A DNA stretch of 64,000 nucleotides from assembly GCA_965263035.1 (NCBI GenBank), contig OZ253580.1, forward strand, positions 5,920,001-5,984,000. The letters run 5' to 3'. The stretch comes from Acidobacteriota bacterium (GTDB lineage: Bacteria > Acidobacteriota > UBA6911 > RPQK01 > JAJDTT01). Shown here piece after piece: positions 17,314 to 26,159 of this stretch. A model generated the notes under the pieces. The model saw only the letters and a program-made list of their open reading frames with translations. It was not told the DNA's origin and did not search any database. The translations under genes and the position numbers were made by a program. Position 1 is the stretch's first letter. The number at the start of each line of letters is the position of its first letter.

Positions 17314-18840
17314 CTAGCGTCTCCAGGCGAACCAGCGGGACAGGATTCGCCGCGCCCGGGGAGTGAGCCGGGTTCGATTGTACGCATCGCCGACCTGCTT
17401 GATCGCCTCGGCCTGCGTCGGATATGGGTGGATCACCTGAGAGAGGGTACCGAGGCCCAGCCCGGCGACCATGGCCAAGGTGATCTCGTTGATCATCTCA
17501 CCGGCATGACGGGCGACCACGGTGGCGCCGAGAATCTTGTCGGTCCCCTTCGCCACCAGGACGCTGACCATACCCTCTTCCTCACCATCGGTGATCGCCC
17601 GGTCCACTTCTGCGAATTCCCGTACGAAGAGGTCGTATTCGATCCCCTGGCGAGAAGCCTCCCGGCAGTTCAGGCCCACATGGGCCACCTCCGGATCGGT
17701 GTAGGTGCACCAGGGAATGGTGAGGGTGCTGGCCTTCTTCCGTCCCATGAAGAGAGCGTTCTGGATGACGATTCGAGCCAGGGCATCGGCGGCGTGGGTG
17801 AACTTGTACTGGGAGCAGACGTCCCCGGCGGAGTAGATCCGTTTGTTGCTGGTCTGCAGCTGATCGTTCACCAGGACACCCCGTCGCCGATCGTAATCGA
17901 CGCCGGCCGCCTCCAGGCCCAGCCCCTCCACGTTGGGGGCCCGCCCGGCGGCCACCAGGACCTCGTCGACTGCGACCTGCCGAGTCTGCCCGTTGCACTC
18001 GAGATGAACCTGCTTCTCCCCTGCCCGGCTCTCCACTCGAAACACGCTCGAGTCGAGAAAGAGTTGGATCCCTTCTCGACGGAACGCGTCCTGGACCCGT
18101 CGGCCGGCTTTTGCATCTTCCCGGTCCAGGATCTGCGGATGGCACTGGAAAACGGAAACCTGGGATCCGAAGCGCTGGAACGCCTGGGCCATTTCGCACC
18201 CGATGGGACCGCCACCGATGACTCCCAACCGCGGGGGCAGCTCAGTCAAGGAAAACAGCGTCTCGTTGGTGAGATAGCCGGCTTCCGCCAGACCCTCGAT
18301 GGGTGGCGCCGCCGCCCGTCCTCCGGTGGCGATCACCGCCCGCGCGAAGCGCAACGTGTGCCCTCCCACCTGAACCGCATCCGGGCTCACGAACCGGGCC
18401 TTTCCCAGAAACACATCCACGCCGAGCTTCCGGAAACGCTCGGCCGAGTCGTGCGCGGCGATCCCGGAGCGCAGTCGGCGCATGCGCTCCATGACCGATG
18501 CGAAGTCCACTTCCGTTGCCATGGAAACGTCGACGCCGAAAGCGCCCGCCTCGCGGGCATCGGCGACAGCCCGGGAGGACCGGATGAGAGCCTTGGAGGG
18601 AACGCAACCTACGTTGAGACAGTCTCCTCCCAACAGGTGCTTCTCGATCAGGGCACAGCGGGCTCCGAGGCCGGTTGCCCCCGCCGCCGAGACCAGCCCC
18701 GCCGTTCCGCCTCCGATGGCCACCAGATTGTAGCGAGGCTCCGGCTCGGGGTTGGTCCAATCCCCCGGATGGACCCGGGAGACCAGGAGCCGGTTATGGG
18801 AATCCAGGGGTAGAACTTCAACAGATTTCGATTCAGGCAT
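17314..18840 (-). CDS. MerA-like pyridine nucleotide-disulfide oxidoreductase (no C-terminal Cys pair)
   Basis: GGGTAG, GGDCLNVGCVPSK, GGGPIGCE, HPYPT; ends WFAWRR. Confidence 0.88.
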   Translation of the reverse strand: MPESKSVEVLPLDSHNRLLVSRVHPGDWTNPEPEPRYNLVAIGGGTAGLVSAAGATGLGARCALIEKHLLGGDCLNVGCVPSKALIRSSRAVADAREAGAFGVDVSMATEVDFASVMERMRRLRSGIAAHDSAERFRKLGVDVFLGKARFVSPDAVQVGGHTLRFARAVIATGGRAAAPPIEGLAEAGYLTNETLFSLTELPPRLGVIGGGPIGCEMAQAFQRFGSQVSVFQCHPQILDREDAKAGRRVQDAFRREGIQLFLDSSVFRVESRAGEKQVHLECNGQTRQVAVDEVLVAAGRAPNVEGLGLEAAGVDYDRRRGVLVNDQLQTSNKRIYSAGDVCSQYKFTHAADALARIVIQNALFMGRKKASTLTIPWCTYTDPEVAHVGLNCREASRQGIEYDLFVREFAEVDRAITDGEEEGMVSVLVAKGTDKILGATVVARHAGEMINEITLAMVAGLGLGTLSQVIHPYPTQAEAIKQVGDAYNRTRLTPRARRILSRWFAWRR

Positions 18841-18889
18841 GACGCGGTTCCATCTCGGATACGGAATGCTTCAAGTTCGCCGCGAACGG

Positions 18890-19600
18890 CTACGATACTC
18901 TCTTGTCCAGGGCCCGGCGGGCCAGTCGGGTCACTTGGATGGTTACGGCCAACGCCGCCAGAAAGCCGACGACATAGAAGACCGATTCCTCCGTCGTCCG
19001 GGTTCGTCCTTCCTCTCCCAGCGTCGCGAGATCGCCCGCCAGGGAACCGATATATACATAAAGTATCGTCCCCGGAAGCATGCCCAGCCAGGACGCCAAC
19101 ACGTAATGTCGAACCTTGACCTGAGTGATTCCGAACGCGTAGTTGAGCAGATTGAAGGGAAACACGGGCGAGAGCCGAGTCAATCCCACGATCTTCCAGC
19201 CTTCGCTGGCGACCGCTTCGTCGACAGCGGAAAAACGGGGGTAGGCGCGCATCTTTCCGGCCACCCAGTCGCGGGCCAGGTGGCGGCCGACCAAGAAGGA
19301 TGCCGTCGCTCCCAAAGTTGACGATACGGAGACCAATACCGTGCCCCAGCCCAGCCCGAAGACGAATCCGGCCCCCAGGGTGAGTATGATCCCCGGAAGC
19401 AGCAGGACCGTCGCCGCCACGTAGACCAGAAGAAAGGCTATGGGACCCCAGGGACCAAGTTCGGCAACGGTCTGCAGTACCGTTCTCAGAAACGAAGTGA
19501 CGTCGTTCCGGATCACCAGAAGTCCGGCGACGACCAGCGCGGCCACCAGCAATTTCCATAAGTGATTTCGTTTTCCCGGCGACGAGTCGTGTTGAGCCAT
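18890..19600 (-). CDS. TVP38/TMEM64 (DedA-like) membrane protein
   Basis: LTLGAGFVFG, RLSPVFPFNLLNYAFG, GMLPGT. Confidence 0.92.
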   Translation of the reverse strand: MAQHDSSPGKRNHLWKLLVAALVVAGLLVIRNDVTSFLRTVLQTVAELGPWGPIAFLLVYVAATVLLLPGIILTLGAGFVFGLGWGTVLVSVSSTLGATASFLVGRHLARDWVAGKMRAYPRFSAVDEAVASEGWKIVGLTRLSPVFPFNLLNYAFGITQVKVRHYVLASWLGMLPGTILYVYIGSLAGDLATLGEEGRTRTTEESVFYVVGFLAALAVTIQVTRLARRALDKRVS

Positions 19601-19616
19601 CACTTCCTTTCCTTAA

Positions 19617-19774
19617 CAGCCCGTGGCAAAAGTCATCACGGCATTCGACCGTCCCTGCATCCCGGCGGACGGCGTTGCGATTCGGGCACATACTCCCGGT
19701 ATGCACCCGAATCGCGCCTTGTCCGGCGGGCGCAGGAACGGTCTCGGTGCTCGCGGGACTTTCACCACGGACTG
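19617..19774. mobile_element. MITE copy 2 with TTAA target duplication
   Basis: TTAA at 19613-16 and 19775-78; imperfect 18-bp terminal inverted repeats. Confidence 0.9.
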
Positions 19775-20691
19775 TTAACTGCTTGAGCGGATTCCCAACG
19801 GATCCGCTCGCCGTGCGCATAGACGTTGAATCGGCCCGGACGCACGAACCCCACCAGCGTCATCCCGAAGTCGCGGGCGAGTTCCGCAGCCAAGCTGGAG
19901 GGAGCGCTCACCGCCACCACCATGGCGATTCCGGCCATCACCGCCTTCTGAAGGATTTCGAAGCTGGTCCGCCCACTGACCATCATCAGACGGTCCTCCA
20001 GGGGCAGCTGGCCTCCCAGAACCTCTCGGCCGATCAGCTTGTCGACGGCGTTGTGCCGGCCCACGTCCTCCCGCAGCGAGAGAAGATTCCCGCCCGAATC
20101 GAACAACCCGGCCGCGTGCAGGCCTCCCGTCTGCCGGAACACCTTTTGTCCGGCCCTCAACGTCGGGCCCAGCCCTTCGATCACCCGGCTGTCCACTCGG
20201 GGACGATCCGCCAGGATCTTCCGAGACGGGTGGACCCGCAGAGTCTGGAGCGAAGCCTTCCCGCAAACACCGCAACTGGAGGTGGTGTAGAAGTGCCGGT
20301 CGAGCTGCGTGTCGTCGAATTCGACTCCGGGCCGCAGGTCGACCCGGACCCCGTTGTGAAGATCTCCCTCCGAATTCCTGGAAGGAAAGACTCCCTCGAT
20401 GTCCCGCGGTTTGAGGACGATTCCCTCGGTGTAGAGGAATCCGGCCGCCAACTCCCGGTCGTGCCCCGGTGTGCGCATGGTGATGGAAAGGGTCTTCTCC
20501 AAGCGTCTCCCCTGAGAATAGTATCCCAGGAGAATCTCCAGGGGCTCCTCGACCGCCAGAAGGTCCGACTCAAGCCGGACCGAGCCCTTTTTCACCTTTT
20601 GGACCTGCACGAACCGGACCCGGGCAGGGCGGACTGTGGAGTTCTCCGGACGCTTTAAGTCGGGCGTTCGGTTCGGATCATCCAACTGCAT
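19762..20691 (-). CDS. fdhD: Formate dehydrogenase accessory sulfurtransferase
   Basis: EEPLEI, MRTPGHD, SSCGVCGK, TGGLHAA, EDVGRHNAVDK, SAPSSLA. Confidence 0.95.
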   Translation of the reverse strand: MQLDDPNRTPDLKRPENSTVRPARVRFVQVQKVKKGSVRLESDLLAVEEPLEILLGYYSQGRRLEKTLSITMRTPGHDRELAAGFLYTEGIVLKPRDIEGVFPSRNSEGDLHNGVRVDLRPGVEFDDTQLDRHFYTTSSCGVCGKASLQTLRVHPSRKILADRPRVDSRVIEGLGPTLRAGQKVFRQTGGLHAAGLFDSGGNLLSLREDVGRHNAVDKLIGREVLGGQLPLEDRLMMVSGRTSFEILQKAVMAGIAMVVAVSAPSSLAAELARDFGMTLVGFVRPGRFNVYAHGERIRWESAQAVNSPW

Positions 20692-20847
20692 GTTTCGTCC
20701 ATCACCCGCGATTGGCCGGTCACACCATCGCACCCATCATAACAATCCTCGGCTTGACGGAGTGTCCCCAAGGCGCGGGCCGGAAGGCCTCCGAGCTCCC
20801 GCTCCGCACCCTCCTCAAGTTCGGAACCGGGCTGATAGACTCGGCTC

Positions 20848-21225
20848 GTGGTCGTGCGCCTGGACAAGTGGCTGCAGGTGGCCCGAGTCTTCAAGACTCG
20901 GAGCCAAGCCACCCGGGCCTGTGCTCTGGGAAGGGTCCGAGTAGGAGGTGTCGTTGCCAAGGCCCACCGAAAGGTAGCGGTGGATGATCGCATCGAGGTA
21001 CGCCAGAAGGGCCGAACCCGGGTCCTCCAAGTCAAGGAACTCCAGAGCAAGCCGGTTCCCAAAGCCCACGCACGCACCCTTTACGAAGATCTGAGCCTTG
21101 AGCCGCCCCCGGCCGCTTTCGACCCTTTCTCAGAGACGCCGCCGCTGGGACGAGCCGTCAAGGGCCGACCGACCAAGAAAAACCGAAGGCGAATCGACCG
21201 CTGGCGCCGGGGCTCTTCTTCGTGA
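20848..21225 (+). CDS. S4-domain RNA-binding protein (Hsp15/HslR-like)
   Basis: RLDKWLQVARVFKTRSQA, LYED and GRPTKKNRR. Confidence 0.9.
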   Translation: MVVRLDKWLQVARVFKTRSQATRACALGRVRVGGVVAKAHRKVAVDDRIEVRQKGRTRVLQVKELQSKPVPKAHARTLYEDLSLEPPPAAFDPFSETPPLGRAVKGRPTKKNRRRIDRWRRGSSS

Positions 21226-21250
21226 GTTGGGGGGGCTCGGCTTTGGGACC

Positions 21251-21880
21251 CTACCCTGCCTGATACGCGAGCAGACCCTCCGGCTCCGGTTCCTCCCACT
21301 GCGAGACTCTCAAGCGCGCCGCGTCCAGGTCCATGCTGGCGATGTAAGGAAGATTGCGGTATCGGTCCTGGTAGTCCAGACCGTATCCGATCAAGAACTG
21401 CTCGCTGGCGCGAAACCCGACGTACCCGATAGGAATCTCCACCAGCCGAAGATCGCGCCGATCCAAGAGTGTGCAAAACGTGATGGACGCCGGTTCCCGG
21501 CGGGACAGCAGCGTAAGCAGGAAGTGGGCCGTCAGGCCCGTGTCGATAACGTCCTCGACCAGCAACAGGTGTATTCCGGCGATCTCTTCCTGAAGGTCCT
21601 TGAGAAGTCTGACCCGGCCCTGATCCCGCCCGGGGTGGTAACGGCTCACGGAGATGAAATCGAGCCCGACGGGAGAGGAGATACTTCGGATCAGGTCACA
21701 GGTAAAGACGAAGGCGCCCTTCAGGATTCCGACGACCATGAGATCCCTTCCCCGGTAGTCCGATTCGATCTGACGACCCAACTCGCCGACCCGGTTCAGA
21801 ATGGTGGTCTCGTCATAGACGACCTCTCTTACGACCGATGACGACGTCTCCGCCGCCGCGGGCGGGAGAGTCTGGCTCAT
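21251..21880 (-). CDS. hpt: Hypoxanthine phosphoribosyltransferase
   Basis: GILKGAFVF, VEDVIDTGLT, FLIGYGLDY, YRNLPYI. Confidence 0.93.
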   Translation of the reverse strand: MSQTLPPAAAETSSSVVREVVYDETTILNRVGELGRQIESDYRGRDLMVVGILKGAFVFTCDLIRSISSPVGLDFISVSRYHPGRDQGRVRLLKDLQEEIAGIHLLLVEDVIDTGLTAHFLLTLLSRREPASITFCTLLDRRDLRLVEIPIGYVGFRASEQFLIGYGLDYQDRYRNLPYIASMDLDAARLRVSQWEEPEPEGLLAYQAG

Positions 21881-22221
21881 GCCAGGACTCCGAACTTGAA
21901 GAGAAGTTTCCGATAATCCCGGCCATAGAGAATTTTGAGCTTCAGATCGGGATACAACTGGCGCATCTGCCGTATTTTCCGGTTCTTTGGAGTCACCAGG
22001 CTCTGTTTCATGGTGGTCAGTTCTACATAGAGCTCGAACTGCGGGAGGTAGAAATCCGGCGTAAAGCTGCGGATGACCCTGCCCTCGGCATCACGGACCA
22101 AGGGGAAACAGACCGGCTCGTAACGCCACTCGATCCGGTAGAAGTCCAGAAAACGAGCGAAGTTGGCCTCACTCTCGTGAGCAAAGTTCAGGTCTCTTAC
22201 AGGGACGCCTGCCTTGGGCAT
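21877..22221 (-). CDS. Small PD-(D/E)XK-like protein coupled to hpt
   Basis: SE..FA..LD....W.YEP ... FTPDFYLP...YVELTT pattern; ATGA overlap with hpt. Confidence 0.7.
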   Translation of the reverse strand: MPKAGVPVRDLNFAHESEANFARFLDFYRIEWRYEPVCFPLVRDAEGRVIRSFTPDFYLPQFELYVELTTMKQSLVTPKNRKIRQMRQLYPDLKLKILYGRDYRKLLFKFGVLA

Positions 22222-22267
22222 TCTGGCTACTTGTTTTTACCAAAACGCTCTGACGGCTCTTGGGAAC

Positions 22268-25200
22268 TCAGTTCCCGGAGGAAGGCGGAACCGACGAAAG
22301 AAAGGTGCGCCCGTTCCCGAACAGTTGCTGGGCGACCACTCTGCCTGGCGTGGACTCCAAAACCACGAATCCGCCCAGGAGGCCCCGGGATTGAGGAACC
22401 AGGTTCTGGATCAGCTCGGAGAATCTGGCTTTCGGCTGCAAGGGTCTCCTGAAGGCCTCACCTTGGAGGGTTCCCTGCGAGTCGAACACCTTGAGGGCCA
22501 CTTCCGTGGTGACGTCGCCCGGATTGAAGACCGCGATCCCCGTAAATATCGGTGGCAATGGATCTCCAGGCTCTCGCTCGCCATTGGCCACGTGGCTGAA
22601 GACGGCCCGTCTGAGGGGATCGGTCTGCAGTGTCAGGGCAGCCGCGTATTCCCCGCCGTCGGGGTCTCCGAAAATGACGTCACCGATCAATCCGGGACGG
22701 GTGCTGTCGACGCCGACGGAACCGACGAGAATGGATTCCGGCTGTGATTCGAGGCCAAAGATCTCGGATGCGATGCCCTGGAAGCTCTCCTGGGGTGCGA
22801 GCCGAAGCTGGTAGGACCGGCCCAATCTGTTCCCGTCCGAGAGATAAGCAGCCAGTTGAACCTCCGCCGCCTCATCGCCCGAGTTGATCAGCTTGATGCT
22901 GGTGAAGTACCCCCCGGCGTCTCCGGTCCCTTCCCCGCTGGCCAATTGGGCCGAGTAGAGCTCTTGGGCCTGACCGGTTTCGGAGGCATTGAGTCCCAGG
23001 ACCGTGTCCCCCAGCTCGATCAATTCGAAGCCGGCCACACCGGGACCCTCCGTGACTTCGACCTGGACGTGACCATGGGAGACCGCCCCCAGAGGACCGA
23101 AAAGGTCCGTAATTGATCCTACCAGCCGGCTACGCCCGGCTATGCTGAAGTCTTCCGGTCCTCCCAGCGGAGTTCCGTCCGATCCATACAGGGTCAGACG
23201 TACTTCAGTCGGTTGATCCGTGGGATTCGCCAAGGCCAGAGTCGTCCGCGCGGTTTGATCGCTGCTTCCGGAAGGGAACGTCCCCGGACCTTCGAAGATG
23301 CGGGTGAAATAGAGCAGCCGGGACCCGGAGGAGAACGCCACCGCTCCATCCATCTTGGTGGGCGGTCCGGAGAGGCCGTTGCTATACAGGAAAAAGCCGG
23401 CCAACTCGGGGGTCGAGGATCGTATCCGCATCCAGCCCTCACGACGTGCGTTCAGCCGGGCCTCGAAGAACTCCCGGCCCAGCCGCGCCAACTGTTGACC
23501 GGCCCCCACCCGGTGGACGCTGGGGCTCAAGGGAAAGAGTGGATCACCCTGGTCCGAGAACACCTCCACCGCCATGACGGCGTCGGTCTTGGAATCGTTG
23601 GTGACGGCGAATCCGCTGAAGTCGTTCAGGTCTCCTCGATAGAAGGGAAAGAGCAGCTCGCGGCCGGGGGCGGTGAAGAGGACCTGCCGACCGGACAGAT
23701 CGAAGTCGTATTCCGAGAAAACCTGGTAGAGACCTGACGGTCCGAACTCGTAAGCCACCGGGTCCTCGCTGAAGTCGACGGGCCGTGCCGAGGCACCGGA
23801 ACCGGGAGTGATGCCCACAATGGCCTGGATATCCTCCGGGTCCGGCGTCACGTCCACCTCCCCGTAATCCAGGAGGATGTCGCCGTTGGAGAACAGGGTC
23901 ACGGCAAAATCGTTTTCGGGACGGGTCCCCGCCAAGGTGAACTCCGGAACACCGTCCCAGATGAAGGTCAAAGACCCTGCGCCGGCCTCGGCCCGGACCT
24001 CGCCGCCGGCCTCTGGGTCCAGATCGCTGAAGAAAAGGGCGATACGAGGAGGCCCGGAGAGGAAGCGCCTTCGGCTTCGGCTGACTCCCGCCTGGCTGTC
24101 CCCGATCCCGAACGTCAGGTTCCCATCGCTGTTGACCACGACCTGAGTGTAGGTGGTTCCAAAGAACGGGAAGGAGAATCCTTCCGGGAACTCGAAAATC
24201 ATCTCGCCGTCGTCCTCGAGGAGCGAGAGCTGGTTGACTTCTTCGTTGGTCTGCAGGTCGATTCCCGAGACCACCTCGCCGGCACCGACCTCCACGACCA
24301 ACTTCTCCGAAGGATCGTCCTCCGACGATCCCGACTCACCGGCGCCGTTGTAGTAGTCCTTGGGAAAACCGGTGAATCGGATTTCGTGAGGACCCACCGA
24401 GCTGCCCTCCGTGAAATCCGGGTCCAGCGGCTCGATGAAGACCACGTAGCTTCCGGACGGCAAACCCGGCAACTGGTAGGCGCCGTCGTCGGTGATCAGG
24501 AAATCGGAGACCACCCCCACCTGCTCACCCGGGATTTCCATCAGATTTCCATCCGAGTCGCGTTGCACCGCCGCGGCCACGACGTTGGCGCCGAGGACGG
24601 GGGCTCCGGTCCGCCTCAGCACCCGGCCCCTTATGGTTCCGGTCTCCGCAGCAAAGGATTCCTCCGGATACAGCCAGGAGATCCAGATCGCATCGTCCCG
24701 CAACGGTTCATCCGGTCCAAAGAAAGAGCCCACGGGATACATGACCGGAACGAAGGCGACATCCCCGAGTTCGTCGCTTTCGAACCATTCCCTGCCCGCC
24801 TGGGTATGGTCCAATCCCAGGAGGTGGCCGATCTCGTGCATGGTCACACGGTAGAAATTGTCCGGCCGGGATGCCGAACTGTTGCCGATCACGGTGTACC
24901 CGAACGAATACTCCAGAGCTTCTTCGTCGACAAACCGGATAGTGGCGAACCCCAGAACGTTATCGCCGGCCCCCTCTCCCAGAATACTGTCGGTGATCTC
25001 GCCGTCTTGATCGAAGATGATGAGGTTCTCCCGGCGCGGACGACCGACATATTCGGAGAAGTTGGAACCATCGACGTTTTGGTCCAGATACCGCGGCTCG
25101 GGATTTCGAACCCGGAGCGACGAGGTCCCCACGTCCTCCCACACCTGAAACGCCTCGTGGACCCGCCTTCCCAGATGGGCCCATCGAGTTTCGGAAAACT

Positions 25201-25378
25201 CCTGATCGATCAGGTACAGGACCGGCCGGCCGGGGTTCCACTTGAAGACGCGGCCTCCCGGGAGAACGTCTCGGGGACCGCCGCCGAAGAGGGACGATCC
25301 CAGCGTGAGAACCAGTCCAGTGACCAGGACGGCGCCGAAAGCTGGAGCCGGACGGGCGTCGACGTCCCGAGCCGTCAT
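22268..25378 (-). CDS. Large secreted matrixin/metzincin-like metalloprotease with C-terminal beta domains
   Basis: HEIGHLLGLDH zinc motif and VMYP Met-turn; carboxypeptidase-regulatory-like segment; ATGA overlap with the upstream gene sets the start at 25378. Confidence 0.85.
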   Translation of the reverse strand: MTARDVDARPAPAFGAVLVTGLVLTLGSSLFGGGPRDVLPGGRVFKWNPGRPVLYLIDQEFSETRWAHLGRRVHEAFQVWEDVGTSSLRVRNPEPRYLDQNVDGSNFSEYVGRPRRENLIIFDQDGEITDSILGEGAGDNVLGFATIRFVDEEALEYSFGYTVIGNSSASRPDNFYRVTMHEIGHLLGLDHTQAGREWFESDELGDVAFVPVMYPVGSFFGPDEPLRDDAIWISWLYPEESFAAETGTIRGRVLRRTGAPVLGANVVAAAVQRDSDGNLMEIPGEQVGVVSDFLITDDGAYQLPGLPSGSYVVFIEPLDPDFTEGSSVGPHEIRFTGFPKDYYNGAGESGSSEDDPSEKLVVEVGAGEVVSGIDLQTNEEVNQLSLLEDDGEMIFEFPEGFSFPFFGTTYTQVVVNSDGNLTFGIGDSQAGVSRSRRRFLSGPPRIALFFSDLDPEAGGEVRAEAGAGSLTFIWDGVPEFTLAGTRPENDFAVTLFSNGDILLDYGEVDVTPDPEDIQAIVGITPGSGASARPVDFSEDPVAYEFGPSGLYQVFSEYDFDLSGRQVLFTAPGRELLFPFYRGDLNDFSGFAVTNDSKTDAVMAVEVFSDQGDPLFPLSPSVHRVGAGQQLARLGREFFEARLNARREGWMRIRSSTPELAGFFLYSNGLSGPPTKMDGAVAFSSGSRLLYFTRIFEGPGTFPSGSSDQTARTTLALANPTDQPTEVRLTLYGSDGTPLGGPEDFSIAGRSRLVGSITDLFGPLGAVSHGHVQVEVTEGPGVAGFELIELGDTVLGLNASETGQAQELYSAQLASGEGTGDAGGYFTSIKLINSGDEAAEVQLAAYLSDGNRLGRSYQLRLAPQESFQGIASEIFGLESQPESILVGSVGVDSTRPGLIGDVIFGDPDGGEYAAALTLQTDPLRRAVFSHVANGEREPGDPLPPIFTGIAVFNPGDVTTEVALKVFDSQGTLQGEAFRRPLQPKARFSELIQNLVPQSRGLLGGFVVLESTPGRVVAQQLFGNGRTFLSSVPPSSGN

Positions 25379-26067
25379 CTTGAGGTGGGCTCCTGCTTGG
25401 CCCAATAGCGGCCGATTCTCCGAACCACCGACTCGAACCGATCCAGGGAGATCGGCGCTCCGGGCCGCAATGCCGCCTGCTCCTCGGAGCTGAGAGTCGA
25501 ACCGCGAATCTGCAGGGAACTGGCGCGATGAAGGAGATTGGCGTTTCCCACCCGGTTCAGCACCGTCCGGCCCCCTCGGCCACCCTTTCCGACCCGGAAC
25601 ATGCCCTGAGCCAGACCCACGGGACTGGTGAGGCCCAGCCGGCTGTCAGGATAGAGAAACAGGAGGATTTCCTGGCCGCGGGAAAATTCCGGCAGGCCAC
25701 GGACGGCGCCGGTCGGGCCGCCGCTCAATTGCCGAAACCGGATGGACTCCGCAGCTTGGGTGCCCTTGATCCCGCGAAGGACCTCGAAAGTATAGGTCGT
25801 CACAGGAAGACCGGTGGAGGGTTCCCGTCCCGGCTCGGTCTGGAGACACCTGCCCCAGAAGATGCGGTCTGCGGCGCGGACCATTTCGAAAAGATTGATG
25901 CGATCGACGCTCGCGGCTCCAAGCCCGGAAAACCAAAGCAGGAGAATGGCGGTGATCCAGCAGACCGACAGAACCAGAGTTCGAGCCCGCCTGACGCCAA
26001 CCGACCCTCGAATCGGACCTGCCGCCACCATCTTGTCTCGGACGTTTCCATTTCCTATGCTGACCAT
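25375..26067 (-). CDS. Exported hypothetical protein, prodomain-like partner of the protease (start uncertain)
   Basis: Hydrophobic leader; 'AD.I..G.C...T.YTF.V...KG...GLP.F..G.E.LLFL...SPVGL.QG.F' pattern; translationally coupled to the protease. Confidence 0.7.
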   Translation of the reverse strand: MVSIGNGNVRDKMVAAGPIRGSVGVRRARTLVLSVCWITAILLLWFSGLGAASVDRINLFEMVRAADRIFWGRCLQTEPGREPSTGLPVTTYTFEVLRGIKGTQAAESIRFRQLSGGPTGAVRGLPEFSRGQEILLFLYPDSRLGLTSPVGLAQGMFRVGKGGRGGRTVLNRVGNANLLHRASSLQIRGSTLSSEEQAALRPGAPISLDRFESVVRRIGRYWAKQEPTSR

Positions 26068-26159
26068 GTCGCTTGTCCTGATTCCGTCCCGCTTCGCCCA
26101 ATGCCATACCTATAGATTCTATTACTGATGCATTCCGCAGGAGCCGGTTTCAAATTTCC

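Noticed and set aside
17314-18840. True mercuric reductase / mer operon
   Set aside because: No NmerA domain, no C-terminal Cys-Cys, and no merR/T/P nearby.
13185-19774. Composite transposon formed by MITE copies 1 and 2
   Set aside because: The outer flanks differ (ATAG versus TTAA) and copy 2 has its own duplication inside an intact operon junction, favouring independent insertions.
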